A program made the translations under genes and the position numbers. This document shows positions 1 to 11,500 of a DNA stretch of 64,000 nucleotides, in pieces. The notes beneath the pieces are model-generated. The model was given only the letters and a program-made list of their open reading frames with translations, was not told where the DNA came from and made no database searches. Source of the DNA: Macrostomum lignano (taxonomy: Eukaryota). The stretch is from assembly GCA_002269645.1 (NCBI GenBank), contig NIVC01001461.1, positions 121,313-185,312 on the forward strand. The letters run 5' to 3'. Within the stretch, counting starts at the first letter, position 1. Each line of letters opens with the position of its first letter.

Positions 1-153
1 AACATAAAAGAAGCAGAGCCGTTCAAAAATCAAAGTCTGTGAAACAAGGAAAAGCATATTTTAAAAGACTTGCCCTTTTGCCCTTTTATTGCATGGAAAT
101 TCGCAAGCAGCGAAGCGGACAGGCAGGAGTTACAGCGGCCGGCAGTTACACAC

Positions 154-296
154 CTGCAGTCCTGCAACTGAATGGTCGGCACGCGGCCCCTGCATCGCCT
201 GTCGCCGCAGGCTGAGGTTCTCCTCGCGCAGCACCTTCACCCGCTCCTGCAGCTGCGCCATCGTCATCGCCGACGCGTCCACGCTGCCTCCCTCGG
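154..296 (-). CDS. Internal exon of an unidentified coiled-coil protein (gene continues off the left edge)
   Basis: Acceptor ttctctacag|CC and donor CTGCAG|gtgtgt. GC-rich open frame EGGSVDASAMTMAQLQERVKVLREENLSLRRQAMQGPRADHSVAGLQ with heptad character. ORF 541..861 may contain an upstream exon (unconfirmed). Confidence 0.6.
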
Positions 297-307
297 CTGT
301 AGAGAAT

Positions 308-470
308 ATCTATACAAGGACTGCAAGGACCATGCATACTCTGGATGCTGCTCCGCTTTCCATATGACAAGTCGGAGGGCACTGAGCATCGACAGCAGCT
401 CCGCCAGAGCGGAGAACACGAGCAGAACAGCAACGAGAATACGCACGGTCCCTGCAGTCCTTGTAGAGAT
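308..470 (-). other. Long imperfect inverted repeat / RNA hairpin (46-bp arms 308-353 and 425-470)
   Basis: Arms align without gaps with 8 differences. Five are transitions that form G.U pairs on the minus-strand RNA. Confidence 0.8.
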
Positions 471-1182
471 GCTTGGAATGGACAGAGCTGGCTTTGTTAG
501 TCGGAGTGGATTGATGAGCCTCACTGTGAGACATGCACACTCATATGTACAGTATATAGTGCTGGGAAGAGATAAGCATTGGTGTTCTCCCATACATCAC
601 GCCTCCGTGTGGGATAAATCTCAGTGAGTGGACCGGAAGGTGAGCACCCTGTGACTTGCTGCTAGAAGCAGATTTACGAGCGAGGCTGAGCGGGGTTGTT
701 TGACTCGACCTGCGTGGGGTGGGTCTGTGTCTGTGGCACTGTCCGGTAGGTAGCCGTGCTTTTTCTACGCCTTTCAAACCTCGCTTTGTGCTCAGAATCG
801 CTCGTTCTTGCTTAGGGCGTTGAATTTTTGCACTCCTGAGTAGCACCTCCGGATTGCACATGCCCGAGACTGCAAAAAGTCTAAAGGCTAGTGGAAATAA
901 CTTGAAATAATTGAAATAGTTATATCCTCAATAATGATCGCGAATCATCAGCGAAAGCTACTGAGAAATGAGAGTAACTCGTAGCAATCAAGTAAGGAAA
1001 GAGTATTTACGAGTCTCTTTGTGCCAAAAAAATAATAATGCGCCATATACTAATGAGGTTGTTGGATATAGGCATCTATATGTGATAGATTTCAGAAAAA
1101 ACGGCGCAACCAATTTTCACGAAACTTGCTGCCGTTGAAATATTTCCTCCTAAATCATCTCAGTCTATACCCAGTGGCAAAG

Positions 1183-1216
1183 CCGAGCTCGGTCCGAGCT
1201 CGGGCCGACGTCGGCC
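1183..1216. other. Three adjacent perfect palindromes
   Basis: CCGAGCTCGG (1183-1192), CCGAGCTCGG (1194-1203), GGCCGACGTCGGCC (1203-1216). Confidence 0.75.
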
Positions 1217-1614
1217 ACTCGGCATTCTACCTCGAAGGTACGTGAAGCCTTTTTTACACTTTTCACGTACTCTCATTATAAAAACTACATATCATTTCTT
1301 GTTCGTTCTCTCGACAAAAAAACAAGTTTACGCACTTAGAGCTCTTGCTTCGCTTTACCTTCACAAATAAAAACCAACTGCTGAACCATTCGATCAGAAA
1401 AATTGTCTCGTGGCAGTACTATACGTGTCGTGTGACTATAATAATTAAATTGCTCAGTGCTAAAAGGAATTAAATACTCGAAAACATATGCTTTTTGTAA
1501 AGATCAAGCAGATTTTTCGACTTACAGTGCATTGTATGTGTTCTGTTGTTGAATTAACGAACGCAGAAACAAGATAGATAATTATCCGGGCGCTCAGTGG
1601 CACCAAAAGAGGGG

Positions 1615-1735
1615 TTGGCCAATAGGAGGGCGGCTCGTATATTTATGCACGCGGGGAAGGAAAGTTCTAGAAAGACCGGGGAAGGAAACTTCTGGAACTA
1701 TGCGTAAACAAGTCCGCGGTGGAAGTTTCTAGAAA
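1615..1735. promoter_or_regulatory. Promoter between divergent genes, with CCAAT box, GC box, TATA-like element and three heat-shock elements
   Basis: CCAAT ~1619, GGGCGG ~1628, TATATTTAT ~1638. Perfect nGAAnnTTCnnGAAn at 1659-1673, 1684-1698 and 1721-1735. Confidence 0.7.
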
Positions 1736-2542
1736 CGCTGTCCCCGAACTACCCCTACGCCTCGCATGCCTTTGCAATACACAACAGTATGAATGCTAGA
1801 GAAAAAACTGACTGGCTAAATTCTGATTCCGATGGAGATTGCATCAAAGCGGAAAGCGCAAGTATATGAATGGAGCTATGAAACAAACACTTTAGACGAG
1901 CCTTCTGCATTTTTGACCACGCTTTGGCCCGTTTTTAGTTGCCTTTGTCACCACTTGACTCGCAATTTTTTTACAATGAACTTTTTGCTGCATTTTTGTG
2001 CAACTTTTTGGTGCACAGTGAGAACCAAAACCAAAACCAAAACTTTTTGCCGGCGCAGTCGTTTGTAAATTATCTTTAAGCGAAAGCTCTTCTAGTCATT
2101 AATTTCATGATATTTAAAATTTTAAAAGTAAAAACAAGCGTAGTCTTTTAAAAGGCTTTTTTCTTATGCCACAAATTGACACAATTTGTTTTTCTGCTAA
2201 ATTGTTAAAAAGGAAATTTTTTTAGTTTAGAACTATATTGCATATATTTAAATAGTTTTGGCAGAATTGGCAGAAATTTGTCGCTAGATTTCTTTGTTCA
2301 TAAAGCTACCACTGAATTTTATCTTGTTTAAAGTCATCAAGGGCAGATAACTATAATTTGGGCGAAGTCTGCTTGCCCTTGTCGTTTTTTCTCTGTTGAG
2401 CAAATAGTATTTTCGCCTGGCCGAGAGGCCTATTTTGACTTTGCCTTACCAGCACTTACTCAGCGTCAGCTTAAGATGAAGCTGAACCTATAGTTTTAAT
2501 ACTAACTCCTATATATTGTGCCAGCCTACGATATCTACAGCT

Positions 2543-5500
2543 ATGGAAGATCAAAGTGCTTTTGGTGTTGGTTCTGTAGATGGATATGGAAAGCAAGCGC
2601 AGCAGGGTCAGAATTTAGGTGAAGAAAATCCAACAGATGGTAGCAACACAAAAGATCCGTTTTACACAATGCCAGGAGTTTTGCACTTTCTACAAACTGA
2701 GTGGTCTAAGTTTGAGATGGAACGATCTCAATGGGAGGTAGAGCGAGCAGAACTACAGGTAAGTTACTAAAAATTCAATGGCAAATCTAACTAGACTCTA
2801 GAGGACTAGGGCCTATTTTTCTTATGTTGGCTCTGGTTCAAGTGTTTTAAATTAAAACGTTGAGTGCTTAACTATTCACTATCTGCAAGCAAGCCATTTT
2901 TAGTAGTGGGCCTAGTTGTTTTAGAAAATATATTTCAAAGTTACTAAGCATGTAATTAATAATTAATATCTTAGGCCTATGCTAATTATAACTATTTCTT
3001 TAGGAGCATTTTAAAGAACTAAGTATATTATTTATAAAATTAATTTGCTTTATTCTTTTAAACTGTTAAATGATACCTTTATTATAACAACTCTATAATT
3101 AGCAAAAATTAAAGCAGCTTGCTATTGTAATATTGTTTCAATCAACTATATTACATATATTATATAATATATATATTATACATTATATATTATACATATT
3201 TATAGATTTTTCAATTATAATATTTGATTTTTATCTTTCATAGCACATGGCATATCATATCATATAAGATAACTTTGGCCAATTGTTTTTTATCAATGTT
3301 AAACTGACATTAAGATATATATAGCTAAAGAAGTGACTTGTGAGATAGTTGTATATTAGACAACAAGTGAATTAGGATGGCTAACTAAGGCCCAAGGCCC
3401 CAGCAGTAGAGCAACCAGAAATTTTTTGAAAGGGGACAGATTCTAGATTTTAAAGACCAAGGCAAGAAGAGAGGCAAAGGGGCTAGCTTAGTATTTTGGC
3501 AAAAATGCACTTGGTCCCCTAACTCCCCTCTTAATTAGCTGATTTTTATCAAGTCTTCACCTAAGGGCCAAGAAGGGCAAATTTCCCTTCCTTATCCCCT
3601 CTTGGTTGCATTTTTGCTTGCTAGCCTCAAATTTAAACATTATTGTCATAAATTCTATAAATTCTATAAATGAAAGTTTCTATAAATACACAGTATCTTG
3701 CGTAATAAATAGACAATTTACTGAATTTATTGAACGATAATAGGCATCTACTGAACGATTTCTGCCATAGTCAGGAAGGTGGCACAGTGTGTGCTAGAAT
3801 AAATTTTTGGGACAATCTGTGCGCCGTCTATGTGCCCTCTATGCACCATTTGTGCGCTGTCTGTGCACCATGTCTATGCCTTTATTTTACATATTTTATG
3901 TAAATTATGTATTTTACAACAAATTTACAAAATTCTTAGAATTCATGCAGACAATATGCTATGCCAGTTTTATGCTAATAAAGATTCTATTCTGATTCCT
4001 TATGTACCAAAGTTATGCACAGCACCGCATATGTCAAGGACCTTATGCACCACATAGGGACCTCAGTGTGCATCATGATTGTGCGCCGCATGTGCCAGGG
4101 ACCTCAGTGTGCGCCATGATTGTGTGCCAAGTGCGCTAAGGACGCCCTGATTGCAGCGCATGGGCATTTTGGCGGACGGCGTCCGGCGCGGATCTAATAC
4201 AGCGCGGTGCGGCGCGTACGGCGAGCAGCAATTAGTACGGCGCGGCGCGGTACTAATTAGATGCCGAGGCATTTACGCTTGATAAGACAGTCATAGTTAC
4301 TCCTGCCGTTTACCCAAAACTGCGTTAATTTTGCTTTAGGGTTTCTTTCACAGGTAAGTCATTTCACAGCGTGGCGCAGGTTGTGTAGGCGTCTGGCGTA
4401 CTTAAGCCATGCGCTGCAATAGGGAAGGACGCCTTGTATGCACCGGAATTTTCCATGGCAAAGGCTACCTTCCTGACTATGGGCCCCAGGATAGAATTCT
4501 TGCATAAAAGTTGTTACGCATTTGTGCGCGCTGAAAAGGAGCCTACTTGCACACTCTTAAAGAAGTTGTTTGCACATTCCATCGTATGCACTTGTGCAAG
4601 AAGCTGTTTGCCACAGAATCATAGACAGGATTTGACTTTTACATGCATTAACATGGTTATGTGCCGTGTGGCGTATGTGCGCTCAAGTTCTCCTACTTTT
4701 CATAGTCTGGAAGGTGTTTTTACTTAAACTTTTTTTCTCTAAAAATATATTTATAAAGATAATATTATAAATATTAGTTTATTATTTAACATACAAATTC
4801 CAATCAGAAAATTGCATTTTCCCTAGTTTTTACTAAAGCAATTTAGAAAATTCTTTTTTGTGCATACATGCTACAATGATACATATTTAAGTGTAATTTC
4901 ATTGTTCTTTCTTACCTCATAAGCCTACAAGAAGCATTTTATTTATATGCCAGGTTCAAATTTTGTAGTACCATTTTTACCCAAAACTTTTAGTCTAAAT
5001 ATAGGCATATTACATACACTAATATTATACAAGTTAATATTTAAATGAAAAAAACATCTTAAAGATTTTTTGCAACAAGGAATTAGCAGTATATTTACTT
5101 TTAGAAAAAATATTTTTAGTATATTGGATGTTTGCTGGCAAACTTTGAACTTTAAATTAGTGGTTTTCGAAAAACTTAAAAATCCTTAGAAATTGTTTAT
5201 CTTTTTGAATAAAATAAAAAGTAAAGCAGAATACTTTCTGTTTTGTAAGTAGTGAAAACAATAGCCTTATTTTAGGTCTACAAGTCTTAAAATTAATTGT
5301 TTATCAATAAAAAAGTGAAACAAAAATTGTGAATTGGTTGACTCAAACATTTAAAATTCTTTTTTGTGGTTTTTTACTTATCTATTCAATAATGTAAAGT
5401 ATGAAAACAATATTTTTTTATCTAAAATTATTGTTAAAGACTTATCTGTCTTTCAAAAAGCTTTTTTCAATACATTACCTTCTATCAAATGTCTGCAGAT

Positions 5501-8500
5501 TTGTTTTACTGTTTTATCCCACATTTTTGGATTTCGCCATATATATATATAGCATTTTTAAATTCTACTAGCTATGCGAAATTTAAAAATCTAATATAGC
5601 TATCCATGTTATAGAAAGTGTAATATATGCCAGAAAATTCCAGCATACAAATGCTTTAGCTAGTTTACATATGACATACAAGGAAGAAATACAACTTTCT
5701 GGCATAATCATTGGCTTATAATTCCTAACTATATATATTTATATGTTCCAACTTGCGGCATAGCATGCAAAAGCATTGAACTATATGTCATATTTGCATA
5801 AATTATACTAAATATTAATCCTTTGCTATAGTATAGTTAATTTTGTAATTATGACTATAGATTAGGTTTTAAAATAATATACTGAATTTTTTCAGTTACT
5901 AATGAAATATATAACTAAATCAATAATATATAACTATTTTGTTTTACTATTTTTTCTATTTTTGAAATGGTGAGGTTTTATTTTTCTGTAGCAATTATTT
6001 GCTGCATCTATAGCTTATTGCATAGGTTATATGCTTAATAATAATACAATTTTAATGGCGTACAATTTACTAGAACAAATAATTGGTATAAATTACTACT
6101 TTACTAGGTAGCCAAATACTTTCTGACATACAGCACAATCTACAATATGAATAGCTAGTTCTAGTTGCAATTTTTTGTTTTATTTTAAATTTAAATTTTC
6201 TTTTGTTTTGTCCCTTGTTAGCCTTTTGCTTTTATATTTTTAGAGATGGACTAGTTTTGCAACTTATTTCTGGTTACTAGCCAAGTGGATAAAAAAACAA
6301 AATCGCTTAGAGATTAACATGTCTAACTCTAAGCCAGTCATTTTACCTTACTTTCTATCTTGTTCTAAGAATACTTATCAACTATGTCCTATATATTGGA
6401 AAGTGCTCTATTGTAATTATGGCTATGACCAGGCCCTTTATGGGGAAATTTAGAATGGCAATTTTTTAGCAAAGTTTGGTTATGGATTTTGGCTATCAAG
6501 ATTGCCTAGTGGCAGCCACAGTTATAGATTATGGAGATTTAGAGCACCTTACATAATTTTCCATATTATAAATCCTATAGGCATATGTATTCTTTGCTAA
6601 ATCCCAAAATATCCTTGCCAGGGCATTCCATGCTTATTTGAAAATTAGGTCTAGATAGGAAAATTCTGATTAAATAAATTGTAAAACAAATATGTCAGCA
6701 AGTATTTTTAGTATAAATATTCTGATAGCATTCTGTGTCAATTAAATTGTCTTTGTAGTTTATATGTAAGGTGCTATTGGCATTATTTTTTAAAAAACCA
6801 GCTTACAAGCTATAAACTCTTACATGTTATTTGGGCGAGGTATTTCCATCATTTCTAGTTTAAATCTTTAAGCTTTAACTTTTTCTGTAATTATTCTTTG
6901 CATTTATTTAAATGCATATTCTTGCTATGCTACTAACAGTAAGTGAGTAGTGCAAAATGCGAACAAACCAAAGATACCACCAAACCACACCCATCAGGCT
7001 CGCATCGCATTCCTGCAAGGCGAACGGAAAGGCCAGGAAAACCTGAAGCACGATCTGGTGCGCCGCATCAAGATGCTGGAATTCGCCCTGCGCCAGGAGC
7101 GCGCCAAATTTCACCGGCTCAAATTCGGCTCGGAGCCGCCGGGAGGGGCCGCCATCGCCGCCGCCACGGCTGGCGACGCCACAGATGGAGACAGCGGAGC
7201 GTCTCCGGCGGTGTCGCAGCTGCTGGATCCCGAGGAGCTGCTGCGCGAGACCAGCACTCAGACGGCTGCGACCAAGGCTAAGGCCAAGGACGGCAGGCAG
7301 CTGATTAGGCAATACCTGCAGGTGAGTGCTCTCTGTTCTAGGATAATTCTCACTGAGCTAGACCTAGTGAGGCATTAATTCCCTGTGAGTATTTGACTAA
7401 TCTGACTGTCCTTAGTAATTCCCTGTGAGCATTTAGCTAATCTGACTGTCCTAGTAATTCCCTGTGAGCATTCGGCTAATCTGACTGTCCTTAGTAATTC
7501 CCTGTGAGCATTTGGCTAATCTGACTGTCCTTAGTAATTCCCTGTGAGCATTTGGCTAATCTGACTGTCCTTAGTAATTCCCTGTGAGAATTTGGCTAAT
7601 CTGACTGTCCTTAGTAATTCCCTGTGAGCATTTAGCTAATCTGACTGTCCTAGTAATTCCCTGTGAGCATTCGGCTAATCTGACTGTCCTTAGTAATTCC
7701 CTGTGAGCATTCGGCTAATCTGACTGTCCTTAGTAATTCCCTGTGAGCATTTAGCTAATCTGACTGTCCTAGTAATTCCCTGTGAGCATTCGGCTAATCT
7801 GACTGTCCTTAGTAATTCGCTGTGAGTATTTGGCTAATCTGACTGTCCTTAGTAATTCGCTGTGAGTATTTGGCTAATCTGACTGTCCTTAGTAATTCGC
7901 TGTGAGTATTTGGCTAGTCTGTAATAGTAATTCGCTGTGAGTATTTGGCTAGTCTGTAATAGTAATTCGCTGTGAGTATTTGGCTAGTCTGTAATAGTAA
8001 TTCGCTGTGAGTATTTGGCTAGTCTGTAATAGTAATTCGCTGTGAGTATTTGGCTAGTCTGTAATAGTAATTCGCTGTGAGTATTTGGCTAGTCTGTAAT
8101 AGTAATTCCCTGTGAGCATTTGGCTAATCTGACTGTCCTTAGTAATTCCTTGTGAGCATTTGGTTAATCTGCCCCAGTAATTCCCTGTGAACCGTCCCGA
8201 TTTCCCGTGAACATTAGCAAGTCTAAGCTGGCAAATCACACACAGGAGATCGGCTACGTGGACACCATCCTGGATGCCAGACAGGCTCGCCTGCAGCAGC
8301 TCATTGGCGCCAGCGGTACGACAGCGTCGGCTGCGGCACCCGTTGCTGCCGCTGCCACCGTCAGCTCAGCCAGTAACGATTCTAAGCCGCCGACGTCTCA
8401 GCAGCAGCAGCCGCCGCCCCCGCCGTCGCACCAGCAGCACCAGCAGCAGCAGCAGCCGCAGCAGATGCGCCAGATAACAAGCAGGTCGCAGCAGCAGCCG

Positions 8501-11500
8501 CAACAGCGCGGCCGAAGCATTCAAGAGCAGCTGTCCAGCCTCATTCCCGGCATCAATATTGCCGGCGACGACGAGGATGACGACGAAGATGACGACGCTG
8601 ATGACGCCGACGTTGATGTTGGCGTCGGCGGCAGCGGACGGCTCGTCAGAGGCGGAGGAAAAACTGCGCTGTCTGAGGAGGATCAGGTGAGCAAAGCTGG
8701 CTTAATCCGCGATGCCAGTTTTTAAAAGTACATCATGGAGATGCTATAAGATAAAAGTACCAGCGAGATTCAGGTGTTATAGAGGATTTGGAATTAAGTT
8801 GTTGTAGCCTAGTGGTTAAGAGCGTCAAACTCACGACTGAAAGGTCGGGGGTTCGATTCTCGACCCACTCTGAACAACTTTTGTCCATGAGCGCTCTGGT
8901 TTCGGGACGATGTCGCCGAAGGCGTTGCGTCGAGGTGCGCACAGCCCTCGTGCGAATATTATTAGTGTTGTATAGATACTAATAATAGGGATTTAAGATA
9001 AAAGTACATTAAGGCGTTACTACGATAGACTGTAGACAGGTGTAAGATTGCTTCAATATTAAGGTGAGGTGGTGTAGGTAAAACAGAAGTACGCATTGCT
9101 TTATTTGTGATTTAAAAAAAATTAAATGTTAACTTGAGGGGTTGGCTAAAAGTTCATTAATTTAAAAGTACATCTGGGCGTCAGTAAGGTGACAAATCCA
9201 TGGTGACAAATCCGCAGGCCATGGCCACCTTCGACTTCGTGCTGGACCAGCAGGACTCCGACATTCAGCAGCCGGCTGAGGACTCTAAAGACTCCGCAGC
9301 CGCTGCTGTTGCCGGCGGCGAAGACGGCGCCGGAGGCGTCGACGAGGACGCCGAGTGGAACCTGGATGAGCGAACCCGGTCCAAGATGGAGGCCTTCAAG
9401 AAAGAGCGCATCAGGGGCTCGAAGAAATCCACCGGAAGCGCTGGCGGCGGCAGCGGCGGCGGAAGAGTCGGCATGCTGGACGCTTTTCTTGACGGCTTCG
9501 ACCGCGGCGAGGAGGGCGGCACCGTTGACGACTTCGACGGGGTGACGCCCAGCAGCGCGGCCGCTGCTGCCGTGGCCGCCTCCGAGGAGGAGGGCTTCCG
9601 GTCCGCTATGGGGCTCAGCCTGGGAGACCTGCAGGTTTGCGCGCGACTGTTGAAAGATTTCAGGAGATCTCTGTAAATGGATTTAGGACTGGGATCTCTG
9701 TGAATAGCTTTGGAATCTCGGTGAATAGCTTTGAGATCTCTGTGAATAGCCTCGAGATCTCTGTGAATAGCCCTGGCATCTCTGTGAATAGCTTTGGGAA
9801 CTCTGTGAATAGCTTTGGGAACTCTGTGAATAGCTTTGAGATCTCTGTGAATAGCCCCGGGATCTCTGTGAATAGCTTAGAGATCTCTGTGAATAGCTTT
9901 GAGATCTCTGTGAATAGCTTTGGGATCTCTGAATAGCTTTGAGATCTCTGTGAATAGCTTTGGGATCTCTGTGAATAGCTTTGGGATCTCGGTGAATAGC
10001 TTTGCGATCTCTGTGAATAGCCTTGGGATCTCTGTGAATAGCCTCGGGATCTCTTTGAATAGCCTCGGGATCTCTGTGAATAGCTTTGGGATCTTGGTGA
10101 ATAGCTTTGAGATCTCTGTGAATAGCCTCGGGATCTTTGTGAATAGCTTTGGGATCTCGGTGAATAGCTTTGAGATCTCTGTGAATAGCCCCAAGATCTC
10201 TGTAAATAGCCTTGGGATCTCTGTGAATAGCTTTGAGATCTCTGTGAATAGCTTTGGGATCTCTGTGAATAGCTTTGGGAACTCTGTGAATAGCTCTGAG
10301 ATCTCTGTGAATAGCTTTGGGATCTCTGTGAATAGCCCCGGGATCTCTGTAAATAGCCTTGGGATCTCTTTGAATAGCCTCGGGATTTCTGTGAATAGCC
10401 TCGGGATCTCTGTGAATAGCCTCGGGATCTCTGTGAATAGCTTTGCGATCTCTGTGAATAGCTTTGGGATCTCTGTGAATAGCTTTGGGAACTCTGTGAA
10501 TAGCTCTGAGATCTCTTTGAATAGCCTCGGGATCTCTGTGAATAGCTTTGAAGTATCTTTCTCTCTAACGCTTCCCACGCCCCGTGCCCCCAAATCCCAG
10601 AACATCGACGTGACCAACGAGCGCGACTACGACGACGATGTCGGCATTTCGGCCGGCGGATCCGCCTCGGCCCGCCGCACCTGGGCCTCCAAGTTCAACC
10701 TGCGCTCCCACCTGGACAGCGTTCGGAGCCTGGCCTTTCATCCCACCGATTCGGCCCTGCTGACGGCTTCCGAGGATGGCACAATGAAGCTGTGGAATCT
10801 GAGCGGCAGAGCCGTGCATCAGGTGCGGTGAATGGCTGAGGACCAGGCGGGGAAGGGATCAGGAGGGAGAGGGGATCAGGAGGGAGAGGGGATCAGGAGG
10901 GAGAGGGGATCAGGAGGGGAGAGGGGATCAGGAGGGAGAGGGGATCAAGAGGGAGAGTGGATCAGGAGGGAGAGGGGATCAGGAGGGAGAGGGGATCAGG
11001 AGGGAGAGGGGATCAGGAGGGGAGAGGGGATCAGGAGGAGAGGGGATCAAGAGGGAGAGTGGATCAGGAGGGAGAGGGGATCAGGAGGGGGAGAGGGAGT
11101 CAATTGGAGAGGAGATCAGGGGGAGGGAAGGGGTATCAGGAGAGAAGAGATGGAGAAGACATGCGGATGTAGGAAGAATAAGGAGGAAGCATCGCAATGT
11201 TGATAACCTAAAATCCGCTTGACCGCCCGGCACTCCAGGAGGCGGGCTCGCCCACATCGGCAGGGTCGGACAGCCAGCGCTCGGCAGGCGGCACGGCCGG
11301 TCCCCAGGTGGAGCTGGAGCCGGTGCACACATACCGCGGCCACGCTGGCCCTGTGCTGACCGTCTGCGTCTCTCCCGACGGCGGCCTCGCCTGCACTGGC
11401 GGCCTGGACGGCTGCGTGCGGGTCTGGCGGCTGCCGCCCAGCCTGTCCGGCCTGGACCAGTACGACGCCTTCGATGCCAGCCTGGTCGGCGAAGCTCTTG

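Larger units (their letters stand above)
3765..4482. mobile_element. Non-autonomous element bounded by 19-bp inverted repeats in striatin intron 1
   Basis: CCATAGTCAGGAAGGTGGC (3765-3783) vs GCTACCTTCCTGACTATGG (4464-4482), 1 mismatch. GC-richer than the flanking intron. No TSD seen. Confidence 0.6.

Noticed and set aside
264-593. Hydrophobic ORF resembling a GPCR TM6 (RILVAVLLVFSALAELL)
   Set aside because: Out of frame with the adjacent well-defined exon, spans the inverted repeat, and no other TM exons are seen. Cannot be fully excluded without RNA data.
4253-4315. Functional rRNA gene or snoRNA
   Set aside because: The match is only 63 nt and the flanks do not continue as 28S. No C/D boxes are evident and the complementarity is far longer than a snoRNA guide.
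8801-8875. tRNA gene (Val-CAC-like loop)
   Set aside because: Anticodon and acceptor stems do not pair properly, and the sequence is shared with SINE heads at 11598 and 40833.
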